Part shown: positions 21,201-36,200 of the stretch, piece after piece
Numbering within the stretch: the stretch's first letter is position 1
Layout: every line of letters begins with the position of its first letter
Assembly: GCF_009914755.1 (NCBI RefSeq)
Contig: NC_060948.1
Source of the DNA: the human T2T-CHM13v2.0 reference genome, Homo sapiens
Strand: one strand, 5' to 3'
DNA length: 64,000 bases
The notes under the pieces: model-generated
Databases searched by the model: none
Seen by the model: the letters and a program-made list of their open reading frames with translations, nothing else
Told to the model about the DNA's origin: nothing
Position numbers and translations under genes: made by a program

Positions 21201-24200
21201 CGAAAGGAAAGGAAGCGAATGGACTGAAATGAAATGGAATGGAATTGAATGGAAAGTAATGCAATGGAATAGAATGGAACGAAATTTCACGGAATGGAAT
21301 CAAACTGAATGGAATCAAATCAATGGAATATAATCAAATGGAATGGAAAGGAATGGAATGGAGTAGATTGGGTTGGATGGGATTGGAATGAAATGGAATG
21401 GAAAGGACTCGAATTTCATGAAACGGAATGGAATGAATTGGAACGGAATGGACTCGAATGGAATGGAATGACATGGAATGGCAAGAAATGGAATGGCATC
21501 AAAGGGAATGGAATCGAATGCAATGGAATGCTATGGAATGGAATGGAATGCATTGGAATGGAATGTCCTCTAATGGAATGGATTCGAGTGGAATGGAATC
21601 GAATATAATGGAGTCGAATGAAATGGAATTGAAAGGAATGGGATCGAATACAATGGAATATACTGGAATGTAATGTAAAGAACTCGAATGTAATTGAATG
21701 GAAAGGAATGTACATGAATGGAATGTAATCGAATGGAAAGTAATCCAATGGAATAGTATCTAATGTAATAAAATCGACTCAGATAGAGTAGAATGTAATG
21801 GAATGGAGTGTAGTGCAATGGAATGGAATGGAATGGAATGCAATGGAATGGAAAGGAATGGAATGGAATGGAATGGAATGGGATGGAATGGTATGGAATG
21901 GATAGTAATGGACTGGAGTGAAATGGACTGGAAAGGAATGGACTCAAATTGAAAGGTCTCGAAAGGAATGGAGTCAAAAGGAATGGTCTGGAATGGAATG
22001 AACACGAATGTAATGCAATCCAATAGAATGGAGTCGAATGGCATGGAATATAAAGAAATGGAATCGAAGAGAATGGAAACAAATGGAATGGAATTGAATG
22101 GAATGGAATTGAATGGAATGGGAAGGAATGGAATGAAATTGTATGCAGTAGAAGAGAATAGAATGGAATGCAAGCGAAAGGAAAGGAATGGATTGGAATG
22201 GAATGGAATTCATTGGAATGGAAGGGAATGTAGTGTAATGGACAGGCCTGGAATAAAGTGGAATGCTACGGTCTCGAATGGAATAAAAATGTATGGAATG
22301 GAATGCAATGAAACGGAATCGAATGTCATAGAATGTAATGGAATGCAAAAAAATGGACTCCAAAATCATTGACTGGAAAGGCTGGGTGTCGAAAGGAATT
22401 GACTCCAATGGAATGGAATCGAATGGAATGGAAGTGAATAGAATCGAACTAAATCGAATGGAATGGAATTGATAGGAACGGAATGGAAAGGAATGCAATG
22501 ATTTGGCATGGAATGGAATCGAAAGGCATCGAATGGAATGGAATGGAATGCAATGGAATGGAATGTATTAGAATGTAATGAACATTAATGGAAAGTACTC
22601 GAATGGATTCGACTGGAATGGAATGTTCTGGAAGTGAATGGACTCCAATGGAATGGATTCGAAAGGAATGGAATCGAACGGAATGGAATTAAACGGAAAT
22701 GAATCAAATAGAATAGAACGGAATTGAATTGAATGGAATCGAATGCAATGGAATCTAATGAAACGGAAAGGAATGGAATGGAATGGGCTGGAATGGAATG
22801 GAATCGAAACGAATGGAATGGAATCGAACTGAAGAGACTGGAATGGAATGCACTGGAATGGAAGGGAATGTAATGGAAGGTTCTCGAAAAAAATGGAATC
22901 GAAAGGAATGGAATTGAATGGAACGGAATAGAGTCGAATGGAATTCAATGGAATGGAATGGACTAGAGTGAAATGGAATCGAACCACAAGGAATGGACAG
23001 GAATAGAATGGTCTCGAATTGAATGGAATCGTATGGAATGGCATCAAACGGAATGGAATGGACGGCCACGGAATGGAATGCACTCGAATGCAATGGAGTC
23101 GAAACTAATGGACTGGAATAGAATGGACTCGACTGGTACGGACTCCAATGGAATGGAATCGAATGGAAGGGAATCGAACGGAATGGACTCGAAGGGAAAA
23201 GACTGCAATGGAAAGGTCTCGAATGGAATGGAAATTAATGGAATGGAATGGAATCGAATGAAATGGAGTCAAAAGGAATGGAATCGAATGGCAAGAAATC
23301 GAATGTAATGGAATCGCAAGGAATTGATGTGAACGGAACGGAATGGAATGGAATCCAAAGGAATGGAATAGAATGGAATGGAATCGAATGGAAAGGACTC
23401 GAATGGAAATCACTCGAATAGAATGCAATTTAATAAAATAGGATCAAATGTAATGGAATGGAATGGAAAGGAATCGAAACGAAAGGAATGGAGACAGATG
23501 GAATGGAATGGAACAGAGAGCAATGGTATAGAATGGAATGGAATCATCTGGAATGGAATTGAATGGAATGGAATAATATGAAATGGAATGGAATGGAATG
23601 GAATGCCCTTGAATTAAATGGACTGGAATGGAATGGACTCGAACAGAGTGGAATGGAAAGTGTTGAAATAGAATGGAATGGACTCCTTTGGAATGGTCTA
23701 GTATGCAATGCAATAGACTGGCAGGGAATCAAAAGGAATGTAATCGAATGGATTGGACTGGAATGCAATGGACTCGAATAGATTGGAAACGGAAAGCAAA
23801 GGAATGGAATGGAATAGTATGGAATGGAATGGAAAGGAATGGAGTGGAATAGACTAGAGTGGAATGGAATGGACTGGAAAGCAATGGACTGGAATGGAAC
23901 TTTCTTGAATGGACTGGAATCAAACGGAATGGAATGCAATGCAATCAAATGGCATGGAATAAAATAGAATGAAAGAGAATCAAATGGAATTGAATCGAAT
24001 GGAATCGAATGGATTGGAAAGGAATAGAATGGAATGGAATGGAATTGACTCAAATGGAATGGACTAGAATGGAATGGATTCGAATGGAAGGCAAAGGAAT
24101 GGAATCTATTGGAATGGACTGTAATGGAATGGAATGGAAGGGATTGGAATGGACTCGAATGGAATGGACTGCAATAGAAAGGATTCGAATGGAATGAAAA

Positions 24201-27200
24201 AGAATTGAATGGAATAGAACAGAATGGAATCAAATCGAATGAAATGGAATGGAATAGAAAGGAATGGAATGAAATGGAATGGAAAGGATTCGAATGGAAT
24301 GCAATCGAATGGAATGGAATCGAACGGAATGGAATAAAATGGAAGAAAACTGGCAAGAAATGGAATCGAAATGAATGGAGTGTTATGGATCGGACTCAAA
24401 AGGAATTGAATGTAATAGAATGGAGTGGAGTGGACTCGAATATAATGGACTGGAATGGAATGAAATCACATGGAATGGGAACGAATGGAATGGAATGGAA
24501 AGGAATGGAATCGAATGGAAAGGAATCGAATGGAAGGGAATGAAATTGAATCAACAGGAATGGAAGGGAGTAGAATAGACGGTAATGGAATGGACTCGAA
24601 TAGAATGGACACGAATGCTCAAATTGAATGGACTCGAATGGAATGGAAACGAAAGGAATGTCATCGAATGGAATTGAATCGGTTGGAATGAAATCGCATA
24701 GAATGGAGTGGAATCAAATGGAATTGAATCGAAAGGAAAGGAAGCGAATGGACTGAAATGAAATGGAATGGAATTGAATGGAAAGTAATGCAATGGAATA
24801 GAATGGAACGAAATTTCACGGAATGGAATCAAACTGAATGGAATCAAATCAATGGAATATAATCAAATGGAATGGAAAGGAATGGAATGGAGTAGATTGG
24901 GTTGGATGGGATTGGAATGAAATGGAATGGAAAGGACTCGAATTTCATGAAACGGAATGGAATGAATTGGAACGGAATGGACTCGAATGGAATGGAATGA
25001 CATGGAATGGCAAGAAATGGAATGGCATCAAAGGGAATGGAATCGAATGCAATGGAATGCTATGGAATGGAATGGAATGCATTGGAATGGAATGTCCTCT
25101 AATGGAATGGATTCGAGTGGAATGGAATCGAATATAATGGAGTCGAATGAAATGGAATTGAAAGGAATGGGATCGAATACAATGGAATATACTGGAATGT
25201 AATGTAAAGAACTCGAATGTAATTGAATGGAAAGGAATGTACATGAATGGAATGTAATCGAATGGAAAGTAATCCAATGGAATAGTATCTAATGTAATAA
25301 AATCGACTCAGATAGAGTAGAATGTAATGGAATGGAGTGTAGTGCAATGGAATGGAATGGAATGGAATGCAATGGAATGGAAAGGAATGGAATGGAATGG
25401 AATGGAATGGGATGGAATGGTATGGAATGGATAGTAATGGACTGGAGTGAAATGGACTGGAAAGGAATGGACTCAAATTGAAAGGTCTCGAAAGGAATGG
25501 AGTCAAAAGGAATGGTCTGGAATGGAATGAACACGAATGTAATGCAATCCAATAGAATGGAGTCGAATGGCATGGAATATAAAGAAATGGAATCGAAGAG
25601 AATGGAAACAAATGGAATGGAATTGAATGGAATGGAATTGAATGGAATGGGAAGGAATGGAGTGAAATTGTATGCAGTAGAAGAGAATAGAATGGAATGC
25701 AAGCGAAAGGAAAGGAATGGATTGGAATGGAATGGAATTCATTGGAATGGAAGGGAATGTAGTGTAATGGACAGGCCTGGAATAAAGTGGAATGCTACGG
25801 TCTCGAATGGAATAAAAATGTATGGAATGGAATGCAATGAAACGGAATCGAATGTCATAGAATGTAATGGAATGCAAAAAAATGGACTCCAAAATCATTG
25901 ACTGGAAAGGCTGGGTGTCGAAAGGAATTGACTCCAATGGAATGGAATCGAATGGAATGGAAGTGAATAGAATCGAACTAAATCGAATGGAATGGAATTG
26001 ATAGGAACGGAATGGAAAGGAATGCAATGATTTGGCATGGAATGGAATCGAAAGGCATCGAATGGAATGGAATGGAATGCAATGGAATGGAATGTATTAG
26101 AATGTAATGAACATTAATGGAAAGTACTCGAATGGATTCGACTGGAATGGAATGTTCTGGAAGTGAATGGACTCCAATGGAATGGATTCGAAAGGAATGG
26201 AATCGAACGGAATGGAATTAAACGGAAATGAATCAAATAGAATAGAACGGAATTGAATTGAATGGAATCGAATGCAATGGAATCTAATGAAACGGAAAGG
26301 AATGGAATGGAATGGGCTGGAATGGAATGGAATCGAAACGAATGGAATGGAATCGAACTGAAGAGACTGGAATGGAATGCACTGGAATGGAAGGGAATGT
26401 AATGGAAGGTTCTCGAAAAAAATGGAATCGAAAGGAATGGAATTGAATGGAACGGAATAGAGTCGAATGGAATTCAATGGAATGGAATGGACTAGAGTGA
26501 AATGGAATCGAACCACAAGGAATGGACAGGAATAGAATGGTCTCGAATTGAATGGAATCGTATGGAATGGCATCAAACGGAATGGAATGGACGGCCACGG
26601 AATGGAATGCACTCGAATGCAATGGAGTCGAAACTAATGGACTGGAATAGAATGGACTCGACTGGTACGGACTCCAATGGAATGGAATCGAATGGAAGGG
26701 AATCGAACGGAATGGACTCGAAGGGAAAAGACTGCAATGGAAAGGTCTCGAATGGAATGGAAATTAATGGAATGGAATGGAATCGAATGAAATGGAGTCA
26801 AAAGGAATGGAATCGAATGGCAAGAAATCGAATGTAATGGAATCGCAAGGAATTGATGTGAACGGAACGGAATGGAATGGAATCCAAAGGAATGGAATAG
26901 AATGGAATGGAATCGAATGGAAAGGACTCGAATGGAAATCACTCGAATAGAATGCAATTTAATAAAATAGGATCAAATGTAATGGAATGGAATGGAAAGG
27001 AATCGAAACGAAAGGAATGGAGACAGATGGAATGGAATGGAACAGAGAGCAATGGTATAGAATGGAATGGAATCATCTGGAATGGAATTGAATGGAATGG
27101 AATAATATGAAATGGAATGGAATGGAATGGAATGCCCTTGAATTAAATGGACTGGAATGGAATGGACTCGAACAGAGTGGAATGGAAAGTGTTGAAATAG

Positions 27201-30200
27201 AATGGAATGGACTCGTTTGGAATGGTCTAGTATGCAATGCAATAGACTGGCAGGGAATCAAAAGGAATGTAATCGAATGGATTGGACTGGAATGCAATGG
27301 ACTCGAATAGATTGGAAACGGAAAGCAAAGGAATGGAATGGAATAGTATGGAATGGAATGGAAAGGAATGGAGTGGAATAGACTAGAGTGGAATGGAATG
27401 GACTGGAAAGCAATGGACTGGAATGGAACTTTCTTGAATGGACTGGAATCAAACGGAATGGAATGCAATGCAATCAAATGGCATGGAATAAAATAGAATG
27501 AAAGAGAATCAAATGGAATTGAATCGAATGGAATCGAATGGATTGGAAAGGAATAGAATGGAATGGAATGGAATTGACTCAAATGGAATGGACTAGAATG
27601 GAATGGATTCGAATGGAAGGCAAAGGAATGGAATCTATTGGAATGGACTGTAATGGAATGGAATGGAAGGGATTGGAATGGACTCGAATGGAATGGACTG
27701 CAGTAGAAAGGATTCGAATGGAATGAAAAAGAATTGAATGGAATAGAACAGAATGGAATCAAATCGAATGAAATGGAATGGAATAGAAAGGAATGGAATG
27801 AAATGGAATGGAAAGGATTCGAATGGAATGCAATCGAATGGAATGAAATCGAATGGAATGGAATCGAACGGAATGGAATAAAATGGAAGAAAACTGGCAA
27901 GAAATGGAATCGAAATGAATGGAGTCTTATGGAACGGACTCAAAAGGAATTGAATGTAATAGAATGGAGTGGAGTGGACTCGAATATAATGGACTAGAAT
28001 GGAATGAAATCACATGGAATGGGAACGAATGGAATGGAATGGAAAGGAATGGAATCGAATGGAAAGGAATCGAATGGAAGGGAATGAAATTGAATCAACA
28101 GGAATGGAAGGGAGTAGAATAGACGGTAATGGAATGGACTCGAATAGAATGGACACGAATGCTCAAATTGAATGGACTCGAATGGAATGGCAACGAAAGG
28201 AATGTCATCGAATGGAATTGAATCGATTGGAATGAAATCACATAGAATGGAGTGGAATCAAATGGAATTGAATCGAAAGGAAAGGAAGCGAATGGACTGA
28301 AATGAAATGGAATGGAATTGAATGGAAATTAATGCAATGGAATAGAATGGAACGAAATTTCACGGAATGGAATCAAACTGAATGGAATCAAATCAATGGA
28401 ATATAATGAAATGGAATGGAAAGGAATTGAATGGAGTAGATTGAATTGGATGGGATTGGAATGAAATGTACTGGAAAGGACTCGAATTTCATGAAACGGA
28501 ATGGAATGAATTAGAACGGAATGGACTCGAATGGAATGGAATGTCATGGAATGGCATCAAATGGAATGGAATCGAATGCGATGGAATGCTATGGAATGGA
28601 ATGGAATGCATTGGAATGGAATGTCCTCTAATGGAATGTATTCGAGTGGAATGGAATCGAATATAATGGAGTCTAATGAAATGGAATTGAAAGGAATGGG
28701 ACCGAATACAATGGAATATACTGGAATGTAATGTAATGAACTCGAATGTAATTGACTGGAATGGAATGTACATGAATGGAATGTAATCGAATGGAAAGCA
28801 ATCCAATGGAATAGAATCTAATGCAATAAAATCGACTCAAATAGAGTAGAATGTAATGGAATGGAGTACAGTGCAATGGAATGGAATGGAATGGAATGCA
28901 ATGGAATGGAATGGAATGGAATGGGATGGAATGGTATGGAATGGATAGTAATGGACTGGAGTGAAATGGACTGGAAAAGAATGGACTCAAATTGAAAGGG
29001 CTCGAAAGGAATGGAGTCAAATGGAATGGTCTGGAATGGAATGAACACGAATGTAATGCAATCCAATAGAATGGAATCGAATGGCATGGAATATAAAGAA
29101 ATGGAATCGAAGAGAATGGAAACAAATGGAATGGAATTGAATGGAATGGAATTGAATGGAATGGGAACGAATGGAGTGAAATTGTATGCAGTAGAAGAGA
29201 ATAGAATGGAATGCAAGCGAAAGGAAAGGAATGGATTGGAATGGAATGGAATTCATTGGAATGGAAGGGAATGTAGTGTAATGGACAGGCCTGGAATAAA
29301 GTGGAATGCTACGGTCTCGAATGGAATAAAAATGTATGGAATGGAATGCAATGAAACGGAATCGAATGTCATAGAATGTAATGGAATGCAAAAAAATGGA
29401 CTCCAAAATCATTGACTGGAAAGGCTGGGTGTCGAAAGGAATTGACTCCAATGGAATGGAATCGAATGGAATGGAAGTGAATAGAATCGAACTAAATCGA
29501 ATGGAATGGAATTGATAGGAACGGAATGGAAAGGAATGCAATGATTTGGCATGGAATGGAATCGAATGGCATCGAATGGAATGGAATGGAATGCAATGGA
29601 ATGGAATGTATTAGAATGTAATGAACATTAATGGAAAGTACTCGAATGGATTCGACTGGAATGGAATGTTCTGGAAGTGAATGGACTCCAATGGAATGGA
29701 TTCGAAAGGAATGGAATCGAACGGAATGGAATTAAACGGAAATGAATCAAATAGAATAGAACGGAATTGAATTGAATGGAATCGAATGCAATGGAATCTA
29801 ATGAAACGGAAAGGAATGGAATGGAATGGGCTGGAATGGAATGGAATCGAAACGAATGGAATGGAATCGAACTGAAGAGACTGGAATGGAATGCACTGGA
29901 ATGGAAGGGAATGTAATGGAAGGTTCTCGAAAAAAATGGAATCGAAAGGAATGGAATTGAATGGAACGGAATAGAGTCGAATGGAATTCAATGGAATGGA
30001 ATGGACTAGAGTGAAATGGAATCGAACCACAAGGAATGGACAGGAATAGAATGGTCTCGAATTGAATGGAATCGTATGGAATGGCATCAAACGGAATGGA
30101 ATGGACGGCCACGGAATGGAATGCACTCGAATGCAATGGAGTCGAAACTAATGGACTGGAATAGAATGGACTCGACTGGTACGGACTCCAATGGAATGGA

Positions 30201-33200
30201 ATCGAATGGAAGGGAATCGAACGGAATGGACTCGAAGGGAAAAGACTGCAATGGAAAGGTCTCGAATGGAATGGAAATTAATGGAATGGAATGGAATCGA
30301 ATGAAATGGAGTCAAAAGGAATGGAATCGAATGGCAAGAAATCGAATGTAATGGAATCGCAAGGAATTGATGTGAACGGAACGGAATGGAATGGAATCCA
30401 AAGGAATGGAATAGAATGGAATGGAATCGAATGGAAAGGACTCGAATGGAAATCACTCGAATAGAATGCAATTTAATAAAATAGGATCAAATGTAATGGA
30501 ATGGAATGGAAAGGAATCGAAACGAAAGGAATGGAGACAGATGGAATGGAATGGAACAGAGAGCAATGGTATAGAATGGAATGGAATCATCTGGAATGGA
30601 ATTGAATGGAATGGAATAATATGAAATGGAATGGAATGGAATGGAATGCCCTTGAATTAAATGGACTGGAATGGAATGGACTCGAACAGAGTGGAATGGA
30701 AAGTGTTGAAATAGAATGGAATGGACTCGTTTGGAATGGTCTAGTATGCAATGCAATAGACTGGCAGGGAATCAAAAGGAATGTAATCGAATGGATTGGA
30801 CTGGAATGCAATGGACTCGAATAGATTGGAAACGGAAAGCAAAGGAATGGAATGGAATAGTATGGAATGGAATGCAAAGGAATGGAGTGGAATAGACTAG
30901 AGTGGAATGGAATGGACTCGAAAGCAATGGACTGGAATGGAACTTTCTTGAATGGACTGGAATCAAACGGAATGGAATGCAATGCAATCAAATGGCATGG
31001 AATAAAATAGAATGAAAGAGAATCAAATGGAATTGAATCGAATGGAATCGAATGGATTGGAAAGGAATAGAATGGAATGGAATGGAATTGACTCAAATGG
31101 AATGGACTAGAATGGAATGGATTCGAATGGAAGGCAAAGGAATGGAATCTATTGGAATGGACTGTAATGGAATGGAATGGAAGGGATTGGAATGGACTCG
31201 AATGGAATGGACTGCAGTAGAAAGGATTCGAATGGAATGAAAAAGAATTGAATGGAATAGAACAGAATGGAATCAAATCGAATGAAATGGAATGGAATAG
31301 AAAGGAATGGAATGAAACGGAATGGAAAGGATTCGAATGGAATGCAATCGAATGGAATAAAATCGAATGGAATGGAATCGAACGGAATGGAATAAAATGG
31401 AAGAAAACTGGCAAGAAATGGAATCGAAATGAATGGAGTGTTATGGAACGGACTCAAAAGGAATTGAATGTAATAGAATGGAGTGGAGTGGACTCGAATA
31501 TAATGGACTAGAATGGAATGAAATCACATGGAATGGGAACGAATGGAATGGAATGGAAAGGAATGGAATCGAATGGAAAGGAATCGAATGGAAGGGAATG
31601 AAATTGAATCAACAGGAATGGAAGGGAGTAGAATAGACGGTAATGGAATGGACTCGAATAGAATGGACACGAATGCTCAAATTGAATGGACTCGAATGGA
31701 ATGGAAACGAAAGGAATGTCATCGAATGGAATTGAATCGACTGGAATGAAATCACATAGAATGGAGTGGAATCAAATGGAATTGAATCGAAAGGAAAGGA
31801 AGCGAATGGACTGAAATGAAATGGAATGGAATTGAATGGAAATTAATGCAATGGAATAGAATGGAACGAAATTTCACGGAATGGAATCAAACTGAATGGA
31901 ATCAAATCAATGGAATATAATCAAATGGAATGGAAAGGAATTGAATGGAGTAGATTGGATTGGATGGGATTGGAATGAAATGTACTGGAAAGGACTCGAA
32001 TTTCATGAAACGGAATGGAATGAATTAGAACGGAATGGACTCGAATGGAATGGAATGTCATGGAATGGCATCAAATGGAATGGAATCGAATGCGATGGAA
32101 TGCTATGGAATGGAATGGAATGCATTGGAATGGAATGTCCTCTAATGGAATGTATTCGAGTGGAATGGAATCGAATATAATGGAGTCTAATGAAATGGAA
32201 TTGAAAGGAATGGGACCGAATACAATGGAATAAACTGGAATGTAATGTAATGAACTCGAATGTAATTGACTGGAATGGAATGTACATGAATGGAATGTAA
32301 TCGAACGGAAAGCAATCCAATGGAATAGAATCTAATGCAATAAAATCGACTCAAATAGAGTAGAATGTAATGGAATGGAGTGCAGTGCAATGGAATGGAA
32401 TGGAATGCAATGGAATGGAATGGAATGGAATGGAATGGGATGGAATGGTATGGAATGGATAGTAATGGACTGGAGTGAAATGGACTGGAAAAGAATGGAC
32501 TCAAATTGAAAGGGCTCGAAAGGAATGGAGTCAAATGGAATGGTCTGGAATGGAATGAACACGAATGTAATGCAATCCAATAGAATGGAATCGAATGGCA
32601 TGGAATATAAAGAAATGGAAACGAAGAGAATGGAAACAAATGGAATGGAATTGAATGGAATGGAATTGAATGGAATGGGAACGAATGGAGTGAAATTGTA
32701 TGCAGTAGAAGAGAATAGAATGGAATGCAAGCGAAAGGAAAGGAATGGATTGGAATGGAATGGAATTCATTGGAATGGAAGGGAATGTAGTGTAATGGAC
32801 AGGCCTGGAATAAAGTGGAATGCTACGGTCTCGAATGGAATAAAAATGTATGGAATGGAATGCAATGAAACGGAATCGAATGTCATAGAATGTAATGGAA
32901 TGCAAAAAAATGGACTCCAAAATCATTGACTGGAAAGGCTGGGTGTCGAAAGGAATTGACTCCAATGGAATGGAATCGAATGGAATGGAAGTGAATAGAA
33001 TCGAACTAAATCGAATGGAATGGAATTGATAGGAACGGAATGGAAAGGAATGCAATGATTTGGCATGGAATGGAATCGAAAGGCATCGAATGGAATGGAA
33101 TGGAATGCAATGGAATGGAATGTATTAGAATGTAATGAACATTAATGGAAAGTACTCGAATGGATTCGACTGGAATGGAATGTTCTGGAAGTGAATGGAC

Positions 33201-36200
33201 TCCAATGGAATGGATTCGAAAGGAATGGAATCGAACGGAATGGAATTAAACGGAAATGAATCAAATAGAATAGAACGGAATTGAATTGAATGGAATCGAA
33301 TGCAATGGAATCTAATGAAACGGAAAGGAATGGAATGGAATGGGCTGGAATGGAATGGAATCGAAACGAATGGAATGGAATCGAACTGAAGAGACTGGAA
33401 TGGAATGCACTGGAATGGAAGGGAATGTAATGGAAGGTTCTCGAAAAAAATGGAATCGAAAGGAATGGAATTGAATGGAACGGAATAGAGTCGAATGGAA
33501 TTCAATGGAATGGAATGGACTAGAGTGAAATGGAATCGAACCACAAGGAATGGACAGGAATAGAATGGTCTCGAATTGAATGGAATCGTATGGAATGGCA
33601 TCAAACGGAATGGAATGGACGGCCACGGAATGGAATGCACTCGAATGCAATGGAGTCGAAACTAATGGACTGGAATAGAATGGACTCGACTGGTACGGAC
33701 TCCAATGGAATGGAATCGAATGGAAGGGAATCGAACGGAATGGACTCGAAGGGAAAAGACTGCAATGGAAAGGTCTCGAATGGAATGGAAATTAATGGAA
33801 TGGAATGGAATCGAATGAAATGGAGTCAAAAGGAATGGAATCGAATGGCAAGAAATCGAATGTAATGGAATCGCAAGGAATTGATGTGAACGGAACGGAA
33901 TGGAATGGAATCCAAAGGAATGGAATAGAATGGAATGGAATCGAATGGAAAGGACTCGAATGGAAATCACTCGAATAGAATGCAATTTAATAAAATAGGA
34001 TCAAATGTAATGGAATGGAATGGAAAGGAATCGAAACGAAAGGAATGGAGACAGATGGAATGGAATGGAACAGAGAGCAATGGTATAGAATGGAATGGAA
34101 TCATCTGGAATGGAATTGAATGGAATGGAATAATATGAAATGGAATGGAATGGAATGGAATGCCCTTGAATTAAATGGACTGGAATGGAATGGACTCGAA
34201 CAGAGTGGAATGGAAAGTGTTGAAATAGAATGGAATGGACTCGTTTGGAATGGTCTAGTATGCAATGCAATAGACTGGCAGGGAATCAAAAGGAATGTAA
34301 TCGAATGGATTGGACTGGAATGCAATGGACTCGAATAGATTGGAAACGGAAAGCAAAGGAATGGAATGGAATAGTATGGAATGGAATGGAAAGGAATGGA
34401 GTGGAATAGACTAGAGTGGAATGGAATGGACTGGAAAGCAATGGACTGGAATGGAACTTTCTTGAATGGACTGGAATCAAACGGAATGGAATGCAATGCA
34501 ATCAAATGGCATGGAATAAAATAGAATGAAAGAGAATCAAATGGAATTGAATCGAATGGAATCGAATGGATTGGAAAGGAATAGAATGGAATGGAATGGA
34601 ATTGACTCAAATGGAATGGACTAGAATGGAATGGATTCGAATGGAAGGCAAAGGAATGGAATCTATTGGAATGGACTGTAATGGAATGGAATGGAAGGGA
34701 TTGGAATGGACTCGAATGGAATGGACTGCAGTAGAAAGGATTCGAATGGAATGAAAAAGAATTGAATGGAATAGAACAGAATGGAATCAAATCGAATGAA
34801 ATGGAATGGAATAGAAAGGAATGGAATGAAATGGAATGGAAAGGATTCGAATGGAATGCAATCGAATGGAATGAAATCGAATGGAATGGAATCGAACGGA
34901 ATGGAATAAAATGGAAGAAAACTGGCAAGAAATGGAATCGAAATGAATGGAGTCTTATGGAACGGACTCAAAAGGAATTGAATGTAATAGAATGGAGTGG
35001 AGTGGACTCGAATATAATGGACTAGAATGGAATGAAATCACATGGAATGGGAACGAATGGAATGGAATGGAAAGGAATGGAATCGAATGGAAAGGAATCG
35101 AATGGAAGGGAATGAAATTGAATCAACAGGAATGGAAGGGAGTAGAATAGACGGTAATGGAATGGACTCGAATAGAATGGACACGAATGCTCAAATTGAA
35201 TGGACTCGAATGGAATGGCAACGAAAGGAATGTCATCGAATGGAATTGAATCGATTGGAATGAAATCGCATAGAATGGAGTGGAATCAAATGGAATTGAA
35301 TCGAAAGGAAAGGAAGCGAATGGACTGAAATGAAATGGAATGGAATTGAATGGAAATTAATGCAATGGAATAGAATGGAACGAAATTTCACGGAATGGAA
35401 TCAAACTGAATGGAATCAAATCAATGGAATATAATGAAATGGAATGGAAAGGAATTGAATGGAGTAGATTGGATTGGATGGGATTGGAATGAAATGTACT
35501 GGAAAGGACTCGAATTTCATGAAACGGAATGGAATGAATTAGAACGGAATGGACTCGAATGGAATGGAATGTCATGGAATGGCATCAAATGGAATGGAAT
35601 CGAATGCGATGGAATGCTATGGAATGGAATGGAATGCATTGGAATGGAATGTCCTCTAATGGAATGTATTCGAGTGGAATGGAATCGAATATAATGGAGT
35701 CTAATGAAATGGAATTGAAAGGAATGGGACCGAATACAATGGAATATACTGGAATGTAATGTAATGAACTCGAATGTAATTGACTGGAATGGAATGTACA
35801 TGAATGGAATGTAATCGAATGGAAAGCAATCCAATGGAATAGAATCTAATGCAATAAAATCGACTCAAATAGAGTAGAATGTAATGGAATGGAGTACAGT
35901 GCAATGGAATGGAATGGAATGGAATGCAATGGAATGGAATGGAATGGAATGGGATGGAATGGTATGGAATGGATAGTAATGGACTGGAGTGAAATGGACT
36001 GGAAAAGAATGGACTCAAATTGAAAGGGCTCGAAAGGAATGGAGTCAAATGGAATGGTCTGGAATGGAATGAACACGAATGTAATGCAATCCAATAGAAT
36101 GGAATCGAATGGCATGGAATATAAAGAAATGGAATCGAAGAGAATGGAAACAAATGGAATGGAATTGAATGGAATGGAATTGAATGGAATGGGAACGAAT

